Assembly (NCBI GenBank): GCA_028534125.1
Contig: CM052817.1
Location: 76,386,001-76,450,000, forward strand
Reading direction: 5' to 3'
DNA: 64,000 nt
Origin: Lama glama
Lineage: Eukaryota
This document shows, one piece after another, positions 26,091 to 38,100 of the stretch (positions are counted from its first letter, which is position 1; the number at the start of each line of letters is the position of its first letter). The notes under the pieces were generated by a model. The model had not been told where the DNA came from. It searched no databases and saw only the letters and a program-made list of their open reading frames with translations. Position numbers and translations under genes: made by a program.

Positions 26091-28498
26091 AGTTTATTCT
26101 AGAAGATTAAAAGTGTTCACAAAGCTATGTAATTATGAATGGATATTAAAATTTCAAAGAATGGTGAGAAAGTCTTTGTAGAGTATTGTGGAAGGAGTGA
26201 AAAAATTTGAGGTTGAGATTTAAGTCGGTCAAGTTTATTGTGGGAATCTTCAAAATTTGTGCAAACTTCAGGAATTTGATTGTTTTGTCCCTAAAAAGCA
26301 ATGTAGTGGCATCTTTTAGACTTTCATAATATGTAACTGTGCACAGTTTTAATTATATATAATATACATATAAAATATAGATATTACATATATGTATATA
26401 TGAACATGTTGTAAGATCAGTTTTCTGTGTTTATTTCTCAGAATCTGGTTAAATATACCACGTTTTTAGATAAGCTCACTATGTCTCAATCTTTCTATTT
26501 CCTGTGTTTGTATAAGTGTATGTTTGTGTGTGTCTTCATTTCTGTCTCTCGCTCACTTTTTCTCTTCTAAGCAAAGTTACTGGCAGAAGTGATAAACTGA
26601 TTCAGAGCATCATCAATAACACCCTTATTGACTGAAGGTTCGTATTTTCATTGTGGGATAGGAAGACTGTGGTATAAAGTGCCATGCATGTGAGATTGAT
26701 CACAGACACTAGGTTTTATCAGTTGCACAATGCTCAGAAGGAATTATCCTTCAAACAAATGCAGGCTAGGTATTTGCAGTGATTCCTCATCTTAAAAAGG
26801 CAAAACAAAAGAAATAAAACAAGCAAAACCAAAACCTAATTCCTAAAAGACATAAGATTTTCTCAGCGAAGGAAATTTTGGGTCATGTGTAGAATCTATG
26901 CTCTGATTGAATAGCAAGCATCTCTCCCGTTACCGCTTCTCATCACAAACAATATTTTGATGTTTATTATTAAATATTGTCAAAGTACAGATTATACATT
27001 GATGCTAGTTTTAATTAAAATTTTTTAGTATATGTGCTGCTGAAGTGAGCACCAATTAAATTTTTTGTGTATGTATTAAGTTAAAAAAAAGAGCAATATA
27101 TTTCTCATATTTTCACACACACACATACACACACCACACCCCCTCAACACACAAGACAGAAGAAATCTATATTGCTTGTTATCTCTGTTCATATGTTTGG
27201 ATACAAAAGAATGAGTCATAAAAATAATTTACATAAGGTTATTAATACCATTCTACCAACCATAATATAACAATTGCGTTTCCCTTCAACTTTACATTAA
27301 ACCAAAGCAAATATATCATTTTGAAAATATTCCCTAGTAAATTTATATTGCATAACAGTGTCCATGAGAGAGGGTTTCTCATGAGCAAATCCACCTTTAC
27401 CCTCAGGCACTTTCATTTTCACACACAGTGTGATTATAAGTAGTTCCACTGATATTTTCATGATTGCTCTTCTGTTGTTACTCTTACCCCTTGAGTTGCT
27501 GGCCTCGTGTGGTCTTCCATTCTGCTTTTTCACAAAGTGGCTTCCTCAGGTATTTCGCCAGGTTTATTCCCGGTAGCCCACAATTCCCCTTTAGTTTTTG
27601 ACACAGACAACTTGATTGCTAATTCCATAATAACACTCTTCAATATGAAGTAGACTCATTTTCGATTCACTTTTATTTAACAAATTGCACTCATTATATT
27701 CCTATGCAGTCTCATAAAACTTTCCAATTTGCAATAACATTGCCAAATAACGTAGTGCATACTGAACAAGTATCTTAATACCTATGCATTTTTCCTTTAC
27801 AGAAAGTTTTTCTAAAGCTGATTGTTGTTTTGTTGCTATTCCTCTAAATGGCTAAGTCACTCCAGGTCACACTGAAGCACAAAGTAGAGTGATCTCTCAT
27901 TCAGGGAGTGAGTGACTAATAATTTGTTATGAGTAATTATAACATCTCTAAGTGCATGACTTTTTTATCCACTGCCATCACCAAAATTAAAAGTTAACAT
28001 TTTATTTAAAAATTGTTATTACCTCAATAGACAAATCTGTTTTCTCCTCATTTGAATATAACATGGTAAGATGCTCCACAAGAGAAAATACTGCAAGTAA
28101 AATGAAAAGTTGTAAATGTACATCTTCAGTGTATTATACTTATCAGCCATGACATTTTGAAAACTGCATTTACCTTCCCTAAGTTTCTGTAACTTCATGA
28201 CTCAAACAGGAAGAATAACCTGTGATATAAAAATCCCAGACCTGTGTTACGACACCTGAAAGTGGAGTATTTCAGTTTACATAAACAAATTTGAAAATTA
28301 TTTTGGATTCATTGACAGAGCACAGTATGAGGCAGCAAACATATGGTGCACACTAAGAGCTTCGGTGCTAGTGCTTATGCTGGGGAACCCTACTGTTTAC
28401 ATTCAGTGTCTCAAGATATACTTTAAACATAGTTGATTTGTATTTTTTTTAATCTATATATATGCAGCTTGAGTACTAGAACTGAGAATCTCTAGCCC

Positions 28499-28666
28499 AG
28501 TGATGCAGTATGAATAATTTAGAATTGCCTGGGAAGCCAGTTACAATTACAGGTGCTGGACCTCATCATCAAAGATTATGATTTAGTAGGACTGGAGTGG
28601 GACTGAGATTTCTGTTTTGTGATAAGTTCCCCCAGACAAAAGTGAAGCAGCTTGAGAACTAGCACT
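28499..28666. mobile_element. MER5-type hAT-Charlie MITE
   Basis: 'ttagaattgcctgggaag...gattatgatttagtaggactggagtggg...taagttcccc...ttgagaactagc'. Confidence 0.65.
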
Positions 28667-30134
28667 CTGTGTGACTCACTTCATCTTCCTGAGTCTGTAC
28701 TCCCTATCCTCATGTAAACAAGGTAGTGTGATTCACCAACAGTCAGTGATTTAAAAAAAAAAATTCTTAGGAATCTACAAAATTGATATAATACTTACAC
28801 TGTTTTTTCCTTAGGGATCTACAAAATTTATGTAATACCAAAAAAAACCCCTATAAAACATTTAAAAATAAAAAAGCATTCTTAAATTTTTGTTATTTTA
28901 TATTGACATTTCTGTTTAAACTTTAACATAGAACTTTCAAACTAAAAAGGGAAAAACTTTTAAAATATTTTGGTTAACTGAAAGATTTATTTTGATTGGT
29001 TGTTCATTCAAATCTGAGCTATTTTTGGGAACATTATATGTATGCTCTTTGGATCAGAAAATATTTAAAGGTTGTTTTATTAGTACTTAACATATTATTA
29101 AGGGAGATAATTAACATGGGCAGATGGATTTTTGTATTTCCTGATGTAATGAACCTCACATTTACAAGACCAGCAGCAATGCAGCCCCTTCAGAAATTGG
29201 AGTCCTCTCCAGCTATAGAGAACCATTTGTTTTCAGCCATATGTAATGCCAAAGTAAGGGTAAATAAAAACTTTCTGACAATTGGAAATATTTAACAGAC
29301 AATCAATAAAATGTAATATGAGGAAAACTGCATGCAACACAAAAGAAGTAACATGGGATGAGGCCAAGAATAATTTCATTTTTATGCAGACATTTACTGT
29401 TCACATTTATGAAGTTACAAATGATTCTATTTTAAATTTATATTAAGAATTAAATAGAGAATAAAACCAAATTCATTAGAGAAACAAAGTACCAAGATCC
29501 AATTATACATGTATCATATTCTGCACACATCTCATTCTAGAATATTCTAGATTAAGAGCAATGATACTGACAGTGACATTCTGCTATAAATACGGAACTT
29601 GAATAAAACATTCCTTGACATCAAGACATATTTCAGGTACTAAATTTGGTACAAGAACAAAAGTATGGTAGAAGAATAATTTTGGTTTTATAATATGCAA
29701 AATATGCAGACATAATTTACCCACCATATTTTGAAATAATGATGACAATATACAAATGTGTGCCACAGGTGGTGGCTTATTCTCAACTGGGCAGTTTTAC
29801 AAGTAGATGTAGAAAGTTACATGATGAATGAGGATAGAGGAAAGTAAATCAGATAAAGAATGAACTCCAAGTGTCCTGGAAGTTATGGAAACTTTTGATT
29901 CTCAGTCCCTTTTTAAAGATTTAGAAAAATGGTACATCACCAAATGCAGTTCTGATTTGAAGGCAATTCTTTGTGATATTTGATGTATTTAGTTTTAATT
30001 GAATCATCTTTGTTTCTATTTTCTTCATTCTTTTCCCTGTTTTTCTCTCTTTTCTGCCTTATTTTGGGTAATTCACTTTTAAATTTCTCTTTTCTATATT
30101 CCTTGTGGCTTACTAGTGACATCACTTTATCTCA

Positions 30135-30350
30135 CTAGTGGCTTTTCTAGGGCTGTGATATACATTCTTAAATTTTCAAAGTCTGACTTCAAGTGATGTT
30201 ATGCCATTTCATGTCTACTATAAGACCAACAGAACAGAATACTGCCATTTTTTTCCTCCTGGCTTTGGTACTATTGTTGTCATACATTTCATAGTTTTGT
30301 ATTATAAACTCTACATAACATTGTTATTGTTTTGTCTACAAAGTTAATTA
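30135..30350 (-). mobile_element. Old L1 (L1MC/ME-like) inter-ORF fragment
   Basis: 'agtctgacttcaagtgatgttatgccatttca...tactattgttgtcatacattt'. Confidence 0.55.
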
Positions 30351-30351
30351 T

Positions 30352-31268
30352 CAAAGGTGGTGTAGGGCTTTCCTGAACTTATCTCCTCTCAGGGACACAC
30401 AGACACCACAACTACATATGGAACAACTGTCTCCGAGAATAACCTGAAGACTAACAGCACAGATTTTTTTACAACTAAAGATAAAAAGAAAAGGCGACAT
30501 TGAGATGGGTGGGCGGAGCAGAGCTGATCTAGTCAGAACACACATCCGTGGTGCAGCAACCCACAAGCAGGAGGCCCTTCCCAAGGAGGGAGAGGTCTGA
30601 GCCCCAAGGCAGGTTCCCCACTCTGGGAGACCTGCACCAGGAAGACAGACCCCACTAAGGCTGGCTGTGGAAACCAGTGGAGCGTAAGTCCAGGAAAGCC
30701 AGAAGGCTGTGAGAAACCAAGACTCCACTCTTAAAGGGCTCATACACAACTCACTCCAAGTCCCAGGGCAGAGGCAGCAGCGTGAAAAACTCCTGGGTCA
30801 CAGAATGAGAGTAATTAACATTTGAGGGCATGTGTTAGAGATACAAGCATCTAGTGGAACTTCCTCTGGGGACAGGAGCATTGGTGGGCACCTTTTCTTT
30901 CCTTTTCTTTCTTTCTTTTTCCTTTTTTTACCTCTTCTTCCACTTAGTTGGCCCTGCACTGGCAGATGCCATTTGTGTCACTCTCCATCAACCTAGCTAA
31001 CACTGTGTCCCCTGATCTGCCATTCTCCCTAGGACCAGCCCTACCCAACCTTCTTATCCTGTCCAATTCCTCCAAAGCAACTCCAGCCCCACCCACCAGC
31101 CACAACAGGAGGGCACACACAGCCCACACAGGGGATATCCCTGGAGCATCTGGCTCTGGTAACTGGGATTGTGTCATTAGGCTCCAAAGGACACCTTCTT
31201 TAAAAGGCCACTCTTTCAAGACTGGGAGATGTAGCTACTATACTTAATACATAAAAAACAAGCACAGA
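30352..31268 (+). mobile_element. Isolated L1 5'UTR (internal promoter region) with no ORF1 or ORF2
   Basis: Begins 'caaaggtggtgtagg', a decayed caagatggcg start. GC-rich body typical of laurasiatherian L1 5' ends ('caactacatatggaacaact', 'gagacctgcaccaggaagac', 'ctcttaaagggctc'). Ends at 'aatacataaaaaacaagcacaga', just upstream of where ORF1 would start. Confidence 0.75.
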
Positions 31269-31898
31269 TGGACTTATTTCTTGATTTCTTATATGTTATT
31301 AATAGTTGTTAAAAATTTTCTCATTGTGTTTTTCTCCTTAAATTGTATTCTTGTTGTTTTACTTAGGTAGAATTATTTTTTTAAAATCGCAGCATGATTT
31401 TCATTGTTTTAAACCTTCTACATGTTTAGAAACAAAAATCTTTTTGAAAAGTTTCAAGCTGTAAAATAAATTTTTGTGTCATTACTTATATAGAGTAGAC
31501 CTAAGGTGAGTTGTATCCCAGCATATAATCAACTGAAATCTGTTTTTTTACTGATGTGGATTTTGAAGATAATTTTACAAAGTATTCCATAATTTGAATT
31601 TAACTAGAAATGCCAATCTTCAGGTAATCTTCAGATAAAAAGATCTTGCATTAAGCATTTCATTTTCAGAGGACACCATGTGCAAGTACAATTGTGTATG
31701 TGCAAAACACCTCTTTACAACAAGTAACATTATCATCCATACTTACCAGTTTCTAACATTTGTGATAAAGAAATTATGTTGAGTGAGTGCAATACTATTA
31801 CTGTGCTTCAAGGAAATGTCTCAACAACAACCAATTTGAAATGAGAATAATCTGAAAAGAAAGTAAAACAAATTTGCAATGGGATATCTGACTTTTCT

Positions 31899-32742
31899 TG
31901 TGGCAGAAACCATCCAGCTATTCAGTGAACCCATGTCCCTTTTCTTAGGGGAACTAGTTGTATCTTCCTTGCTGTTACGTGTAAGCACGTGAGTAAGTTC
32001 TAGCCAATGAAAAGTAGGTGGAAGTGATGTGCTACACTTTGAGTCATTTTGCCTAAAAAACCTCTTGGGTAAACCTTTTCTCTATCTTTTCTTCTATTTT
32101 CTAAGTAGATGTCAATATCCAGCCTGTAAAGAAAACCACAGGTAGAATATGTCAAAACTTCCATACACCTGTGTCCCTGTTGGTTGATCTCTCTGTGAAG
32201 CAAAAAGTAAACTTTTATCATGCTAAGTATGGACACAGGTAGGACTGCACACAGTGAATGTTTCAGGGAGTTGTCTCCAGATTGCCTGACAAATATAGAT
32301 ATAGGAATTAATGCTTCCACTCCATGAAGAGCTGCTACCCTGAGCTCTCTTAGAACTAAAGGGAAGGTTTCCACAAAATCCACAGCTTCTTCTTAGAAAC
32401 TGGTTTATGGCATCTCTGCAAACAGCTGGAGCTGATAAAACAGTTTGTTCTTTACCTGCAGAGTCACTCCCAATCTCACCTCATAAAAATGGGAGCATTG
32501 AGAATGAGATCCCTTACCAGGAGCAAATCCTCCCAGTGCCTTCAACTCACCTGAGCCCTGGCCCAAGCCTGCCTTCCTGCCAGATGACCAGAGAAAGCAA
32601 GATACATTCATGTACTGACCCTAGTCCTGTGAGTATCACCTTGCAAAAAGCAGTTTGTGGGTTAAGACAAAGTCATTTCTTGACATTGTGACCATGTGAT
32701 TTCAGTTTTTATCTTTATGACAGCGTTATCTTTAGTAACACA
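31899..32742 (+). mobile_element. MLT1I/J-like MaLR LTR, split by an insert at ~32228-32692
   Basis: Start 'tgtggcagaaac', core 'agttctagccaatgaaaagtaggtggaagtgatgtgctacac' and 'gtaaacttttatcatgctaag'. The terminal piece 'tgatttcagt...tagtaacaca' follows the insert. Confidence 0.65.
32228..32692. mobile_element. Putative LTR-like insert, unassigned
   Basis: A ~460-bp GC-richer block that separates two contiguous parts of the MLT1. It contains a TATA-like 'cataaaaa' near 32482. Confidence 0.4.
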
Positions 32743-34512
32743 TTATGATAAAAGAAATCATTTTTTTTCTCTCTTAGTCATTCAGCAGAGTGGCTTAGAG
32801 TATACCTAACTTATTGGTTATGCTAATCATGCTATTCTTTTTGTTATCCGTTTCTTATCATGTTTATAAATAGTTTACATGCAAGCATTGCATTTGAATC
32901 TTTTGATTTTTTAATTCTGACTTTAGAAAGAGAAAAATTTATTACTTGAATATAGCAAACGTTCTAAAGATAAAAGATGTATCAAATGCTCCAAACTGTA
33001 TATGAAACAAATGCATATGACATTTATCATTATATTCATATTACTTGCATGCATTAATTAGCTCTAAAATATTAATACGCTAGAAGCCAGATAATTTAAA
33101 TATGGGAGCAAGAAATAAGGAATACATAAGGGGCAAAAATAAGTCTCCTACTAAATAAGAAGGAAAGCACATTAAACAAATCATGTGAATTAAAATTATG
33201 TTGACAAACATTGTCCAAAAGAATCACAGAACTAAAAATGATTATTCATTTATTTCAATTCTCCTAGGATATTTTTAAAGAATCCTAGATCTAGTTTCAA
33301 TTCACTAACAATTTAAAGGAATTTTTTTTTCTGAATCATAGGGCTATAGCCAGCAGCTTAGCATAGGTAGAATGCAAAACACTTTTTAATTTTCTCAAAT
33401 TAGTTTGACCTGTTTCTCTAACTGGAATTTCTGATTCGTATTAAAAATGATGCAAATATTTCAATCCTGCCTCAAAGCCTGGGATGCAAGGCTGGAGGCG
33501 CCACTAGGCTCAGGTAACCTTATCCACACTGCCAACCTCTTACAATGTCTTCCTCCCTGCTCCTAAGGGTCTGCTTCTCCCCTGTGGAGCCCTGTATCCA
33601 AATCTCACCTTTTTCTTTCATGAAATCCAGAGGACATTGCTCCTTTTCCGAAAATGATGATTTAGCCTCTGTATGTATGTGTATAGCCTCCTTTCTATAA
33701 GGACAAAAGAAAGGTGGAATGCTGAACAAGATAGACCACAGCAAACCTGATGGCTTCAGAACTCAGAGGACACACATAAGGTTATTTCTGTGCTTGTGTC
33801 AAATGAGAACATGAATAAAAGTTAAAATCTGTCATAATGTTTAGTTTTCATGTAAGAAATACACACTCATTTGTTAGTTATCTCATTAAATTCTCATTGT
33901 CTAATTTTAAGCACTTTGAAGAAGAAAAAAAAATACTACATACAGGTAGTAGTAAAAGTAGTACAGAAAATAAGATATATATATTTATCTATTTCTTAGA
34001 GAGCATGGTATTAAAAATGTTAAGGTCAAAGTACATGTTTAACAAAAATCACCTCCAATGTTTCATCGTTGCTCTTATTATCTTATGTAACCTCAAGCCG
34101 ACTGTCTCAGAAGAAACAACTTTGTGTGCTCTTTCTTCGCTGTAGATGATCTTTTCTTTCATGCTAGCCCAGCATTGCCAAATATCTGTATAATTAATTT
34201 TTTAAAAAAATCAGCTTTTCCAGATTGAACATTTTTGAAAATGGAACAAATTTCACAAACTCATCCAACGGAGAAATCACCAAAAAGTAAGTTTTTAACT
34301 ATTCATCCTATTAGAATTGTAAGCAGAAAGTGTTAGTCTTAGCATTTCCCTCTCACACAATTGATTCCTTGATGCAAAGTCTAAGTTACTTTTGGAGAAC
34401 TGTAGACATGGAAAACGTGTAATCATAACAATATTTATGTTTGTGGAATAGTCGCCACTGTGTAGTTCTGCAATCACTCTAGCATATGAAGGATAAACAT
34501 TTAAGTTCTAAG

Positions 34513-35106
34513 TGTACATACATTTTCTACTGTTGCTATCACAAATTACCACAATCTCAACAATTTAAAACCGCACAAATGGATTGTCTCACAATTATGT
34601 ATGTTAGAATTCTCGGAGAGTGCAGCTGGCTCCTCCACTTGAGGTCTCACAAGGCTGAAGTCAAAGCCTCCTTGGCTTGGGCTCTTCGGGAGGCCTCGGG
34701 AGACTTCCCTTCCATGCTCCTTTAGCTGGAGGCAGAAGTCAAATCCCTGGGGTGCTAGTGCTGAAGTCTCTTCTCCTTGCTGACTGGCAGCCTCTCTCAG
34801 CTATTTTAGGCCCCCTGCTTTCCTCCTCACATTGCACCCCCATCTTCAGACCAGCAATGGTGTGAGTGTGTCTGAGGCTTCTCACCTCTGACTTCTCCTT
34901 CACATCTCTTCTGCTTCCAGCTAGAGAAAGTTCTCTGCTTTTCAGCGCTTATGTGATCAGATTGGACCATCTTTGATAATTCAGGAAATCTCTCAATTTT
35001 AATGCAAATAACTCTAATTACAAGCTCCTTTTGCCTTTTAACATATTATACTCACACGGCGCAGGGATTGCGCGGAGATCTTTGAGGGACCATCCTGCCT
35101 AGTACA
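34513..35106 (-). mobile_element. MLT1E-like MaLR LTR
   Basis: 'cacaaattaccacaa...ggtctcacaaggctgaagtcaa...agagaaagttctctgctttt...atcctgcctagtaca', with TG...CA termini. Confidence 0.8.
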
Positions 35107-35714
35107 GAATGCTATAATTCATTTTTAGAAACATTTTAGGAATTGTTTTTGTAGCCTAAGTGAACAATCTTTAGTAACGATATTGTCTCATAATATTATA
35201 ATCAAAAAATCTATATACTGTTTCACATTCCCCAATGAAGGCTTATAAATAATGTACATATCGATAATTATAATATTGTATAATCTATTATAGGGTCAAA
35301 TATATATATATGTGTCACACATTTTATATATATACATATAATTTTTCTGATTGCTTGGGATTTATAGTTATTCTCTAATATCATTTTTCTTTTCATGGAT
35401 AACATTTTAGACTATAAGGTGTATGTGATCACTCACAAAGATCAAATTTCTGTCAGATGGTTTTCCTGTCAGTTGGCTTTCCTGAACTATGTCGTGTTTG
35501 AATTCTCCTCACTCTTCTGTCCTAGAGAAACATCTCATGACGTAGTCCAAATTCAACTTTTTATCTCATGAAGAAAAAATAGATTTAAAAAATTTATGAC
35601 AAGCAAGCAATACTCTTAGGTAGATACCTTAACAGCAATGTTAAAAAAAATCTCATGACTCCATATTACCTCTACCTTATCCTGCTCCGTTAGGAAGATA
35701 ATTTTAAATATTTT

Positions 35715-35995
35715 TTTTTTCTTTTTACCAAGATCTGCTGTTAGAAACACATCTTTCATCACAACCCAATACAGGCAAGCACAAATGTTCTCACAAGTAC
35801 TCACATCATGTACAAATGTAACTGAAACTCAAGTTTCAAAATGTAATGCTTTTCCTCCTTTTAATACATGATGTACAGTCATATGTGCTTATTTTTGCTT
35901 CATTCTATTTTACTTCACAAAAAATTCTCTTGAAACTGACTAAACTGATTTCACAACCTACTAATAAAAATAGGTGTCGCCTATAGCTTGAAATA
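35715..35995. mobile_element. hAT-Charlie MITE remnant (MER103/MER112-like)
   Basis: 'gactaaactgatttcacaacctactaat...gtgtcgcctatagcttgaaa' resembles the subterminal sequence of these MITEs. Confidence 0.45.
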
Positions 35996-36282
35996 AAAAA
36001 TCTTCCTTAAGAGACTCCAGGTTAAGATATATTTTCCTGTACTGCTCTCTAAGGTGAGAATTTCTCACAAGCACAGAATATGGAAATAGACCTTACCTGT
36101 CAGTAATGGTGACTTCTGCTCTCTCCTATTCTGAGCTAATCTTCCAAAGATCAATTCTCTCTCCTAGTTTAGCAACACAAAAAGAGTTCCTCACTCTCTT
36201 TTTGCTAATCAAACAAACACCAAAAGTTCTCAGTTGCCTAGAGAACTTCCTTTCAAAGAAAGGACCCTTCATTCTAGGTATT

Positions 36283-36327
36283 TATATATATACACATATA
36301 TATATACATATATATTATATATATATG
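36283..36327. repeat. TA/CA-rich microsatellite
   Basis: Imperfect (TA)n with CA interruptions. Confidence 0.85.
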
Positions 36328-36861
36328 TAATGAGATGTTTTATCAGTGCATATCATGAATTGCCATATTCTTTACTCTTAATACAGTGAATTTGCACTGC
36401 CATCAGCCCCAAATGTGCTGATAACCCATTTCAAATTAACCCTGTTTCCCTCAGATCCTCCAGCCTGAAATTTACTCCAGAGGTCCAATGTTGATATTAG
36501 CCAGAAAGCTACTGAGGTTTCTTTAACTTATTGAAGAAAATGAAATTCCTGGAGAGCAACATGGATGACTCACAGTCAGAAGGAAGATTTAACTACCTTG
36601 CTTAAACATTGAGAAAGAACCAAGGGAAACTAATTCCCCCATACTCAAACCCATGCTATGCTAGAGAAGATGGTGACACAGGTACTGCTGCCTCACCATT
36701 GACACCCCTGCCTCTAGATGGACCCACATCCTTCACTGACAGGCTTCTTTGAATCCCTCTTAAGTCAATGTTGTTGCACATACAACTGAGTCTGGATTCT
36801 CTGTAATAACAGATTGTATGATATTTATTTTATCTTAAACAATTGATGTTATCTCTATGTA

Positions 36862-37373
36862 TGTAACAGAAGAGCAAGCCAGACTCCATATTAATTTGTT
36901 CCTTTAGCTCTAACCCTGTGCCCTGTTGCTTGTGCTTAGTCATGCTGACTCTGCACCTTTTGTAAAAGAATGTTGCCTATAGCCTAAAATACACGGGATA
37001 GCCCATTCTCAAAGCTCTGGCCTTTAAAGGTATAACACTTTCCTACTCATACAGAGATAAAAAGTTGCAGAACAGAGAATAACATTTGTCTTGTTAGAGG
37101 TTTTTAGGAACATTTTGTACAGACTTACATGGACAATTACATGAACAGAAGATTCCAGCACCAAAAAGTTTCCAACAACCAGCCATACCCCTCCCCCTTT
37201 TAGAATAAAAGAAGCCTGAATTCTAACTCAGGTTAAAATAGTTCTTTGGAACACTAGTCCACCATCTTCTTGGCCTGCTGGCTTTCTGAATAAAGTCACT
37301 ATTTCTTGCCCCGACTACTCTTGATTTATTGGCTGGTTCTTCACTGACCAGTACCAGCTTGGACTTGGTAATG
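36862..37373 (+). mobile_element. Solo ERV1 LTR, MER41-like
   Basis: Starts tgtaacagaagagcaagccagactccatat. R/U5-like end 'aataaagtcactatttcttgcccc...gatttattggctg...agcttggacttggtaa'. 4-bp TSD tgta at 36858-36861 and 37374-37377. The terminal CA reads TG. Confidence 0.8.
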
Positions 37374-37829
37374 TGTACACCTTTGATTTCTTGTATAGTT
37401 CTTCTGATGTATAATCCTTTGCCTATTCTTTATTATAATTTTCTCTTCCTTACAGCTGTTTTAAGACTTGTTTTCATGCTAGTCACAACTTACCCTCAAA
37501 ATGAAAATAGTGTTAAAAAAGCTGCAAGTGTGGAAATGGGGCAGAGGGGTGGAGCTGGGGGAGCAGGATGCTTCACCTCCGGCACATTTTTAACAACTCT
37601 GCTAGAAACTCAACCTCCGTGTCCTTAGGATTCCACATTTTTCCAGTGACACCTCATATTTCATGTTTACGTGATTTGGTTGTTAGTTAGCATTTAAGTG
37701 TTTCTCCCAAATGTGATCATCAGGATGAAAGTCAACTGCCTCTTATTGTCTGTTCTTCCATTTTGTCACAACCAGTGAGCAGATGATTTCTTGTCATTCC
37801 AACACCATTCCCACCTTTTCTGCATTTTG

Positions 37830-38100
37830 CATTACTTACCCTGGAAAAGTGTGCTGAACGATACTTGCCAGAACACCCTGCCAGCTGGTTTCCAGTTGGG
37901 GTGCTGTTGAGGAGAGACACTCACACAAGATTTGGAAGGCAGGAAGGAAAGAGCCACTTCTTGTCCTCTGGCAGTGGCAGACAGCTGTGCAGGCTGACAG
38001 CAGACAGCAGACATGAGATTCATAGTGGCTTCAGACATTCACTGGTGAATCACTGGCTGTGGTGCTCCAGTCAGCTGAGATCATTAGCAGCATTTTTCTG
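37830..38100. mobile_element. LTR33-like ERVL LTR fragment
   Basis: 'ccctgccagctggtttccagttggg...agatttggaaggcaggaag...ggcagtggcag'. Confidence 0.5.

Noticed and set aside
28766..28838. CRISPR-like repeat-spacer array or other prokaryotic system
   Set aside because: Only two diverged copies, in a eukaryotic repeat landscape, with no cas or operon-like ORFs anywhere in the window.
30351..31247. GC-rich ORF cluster as a CpG-island gene
   Set aside because: Explained by the L1 5'UTR. CpGs are largely decayed and the peptides are unrecognisable.
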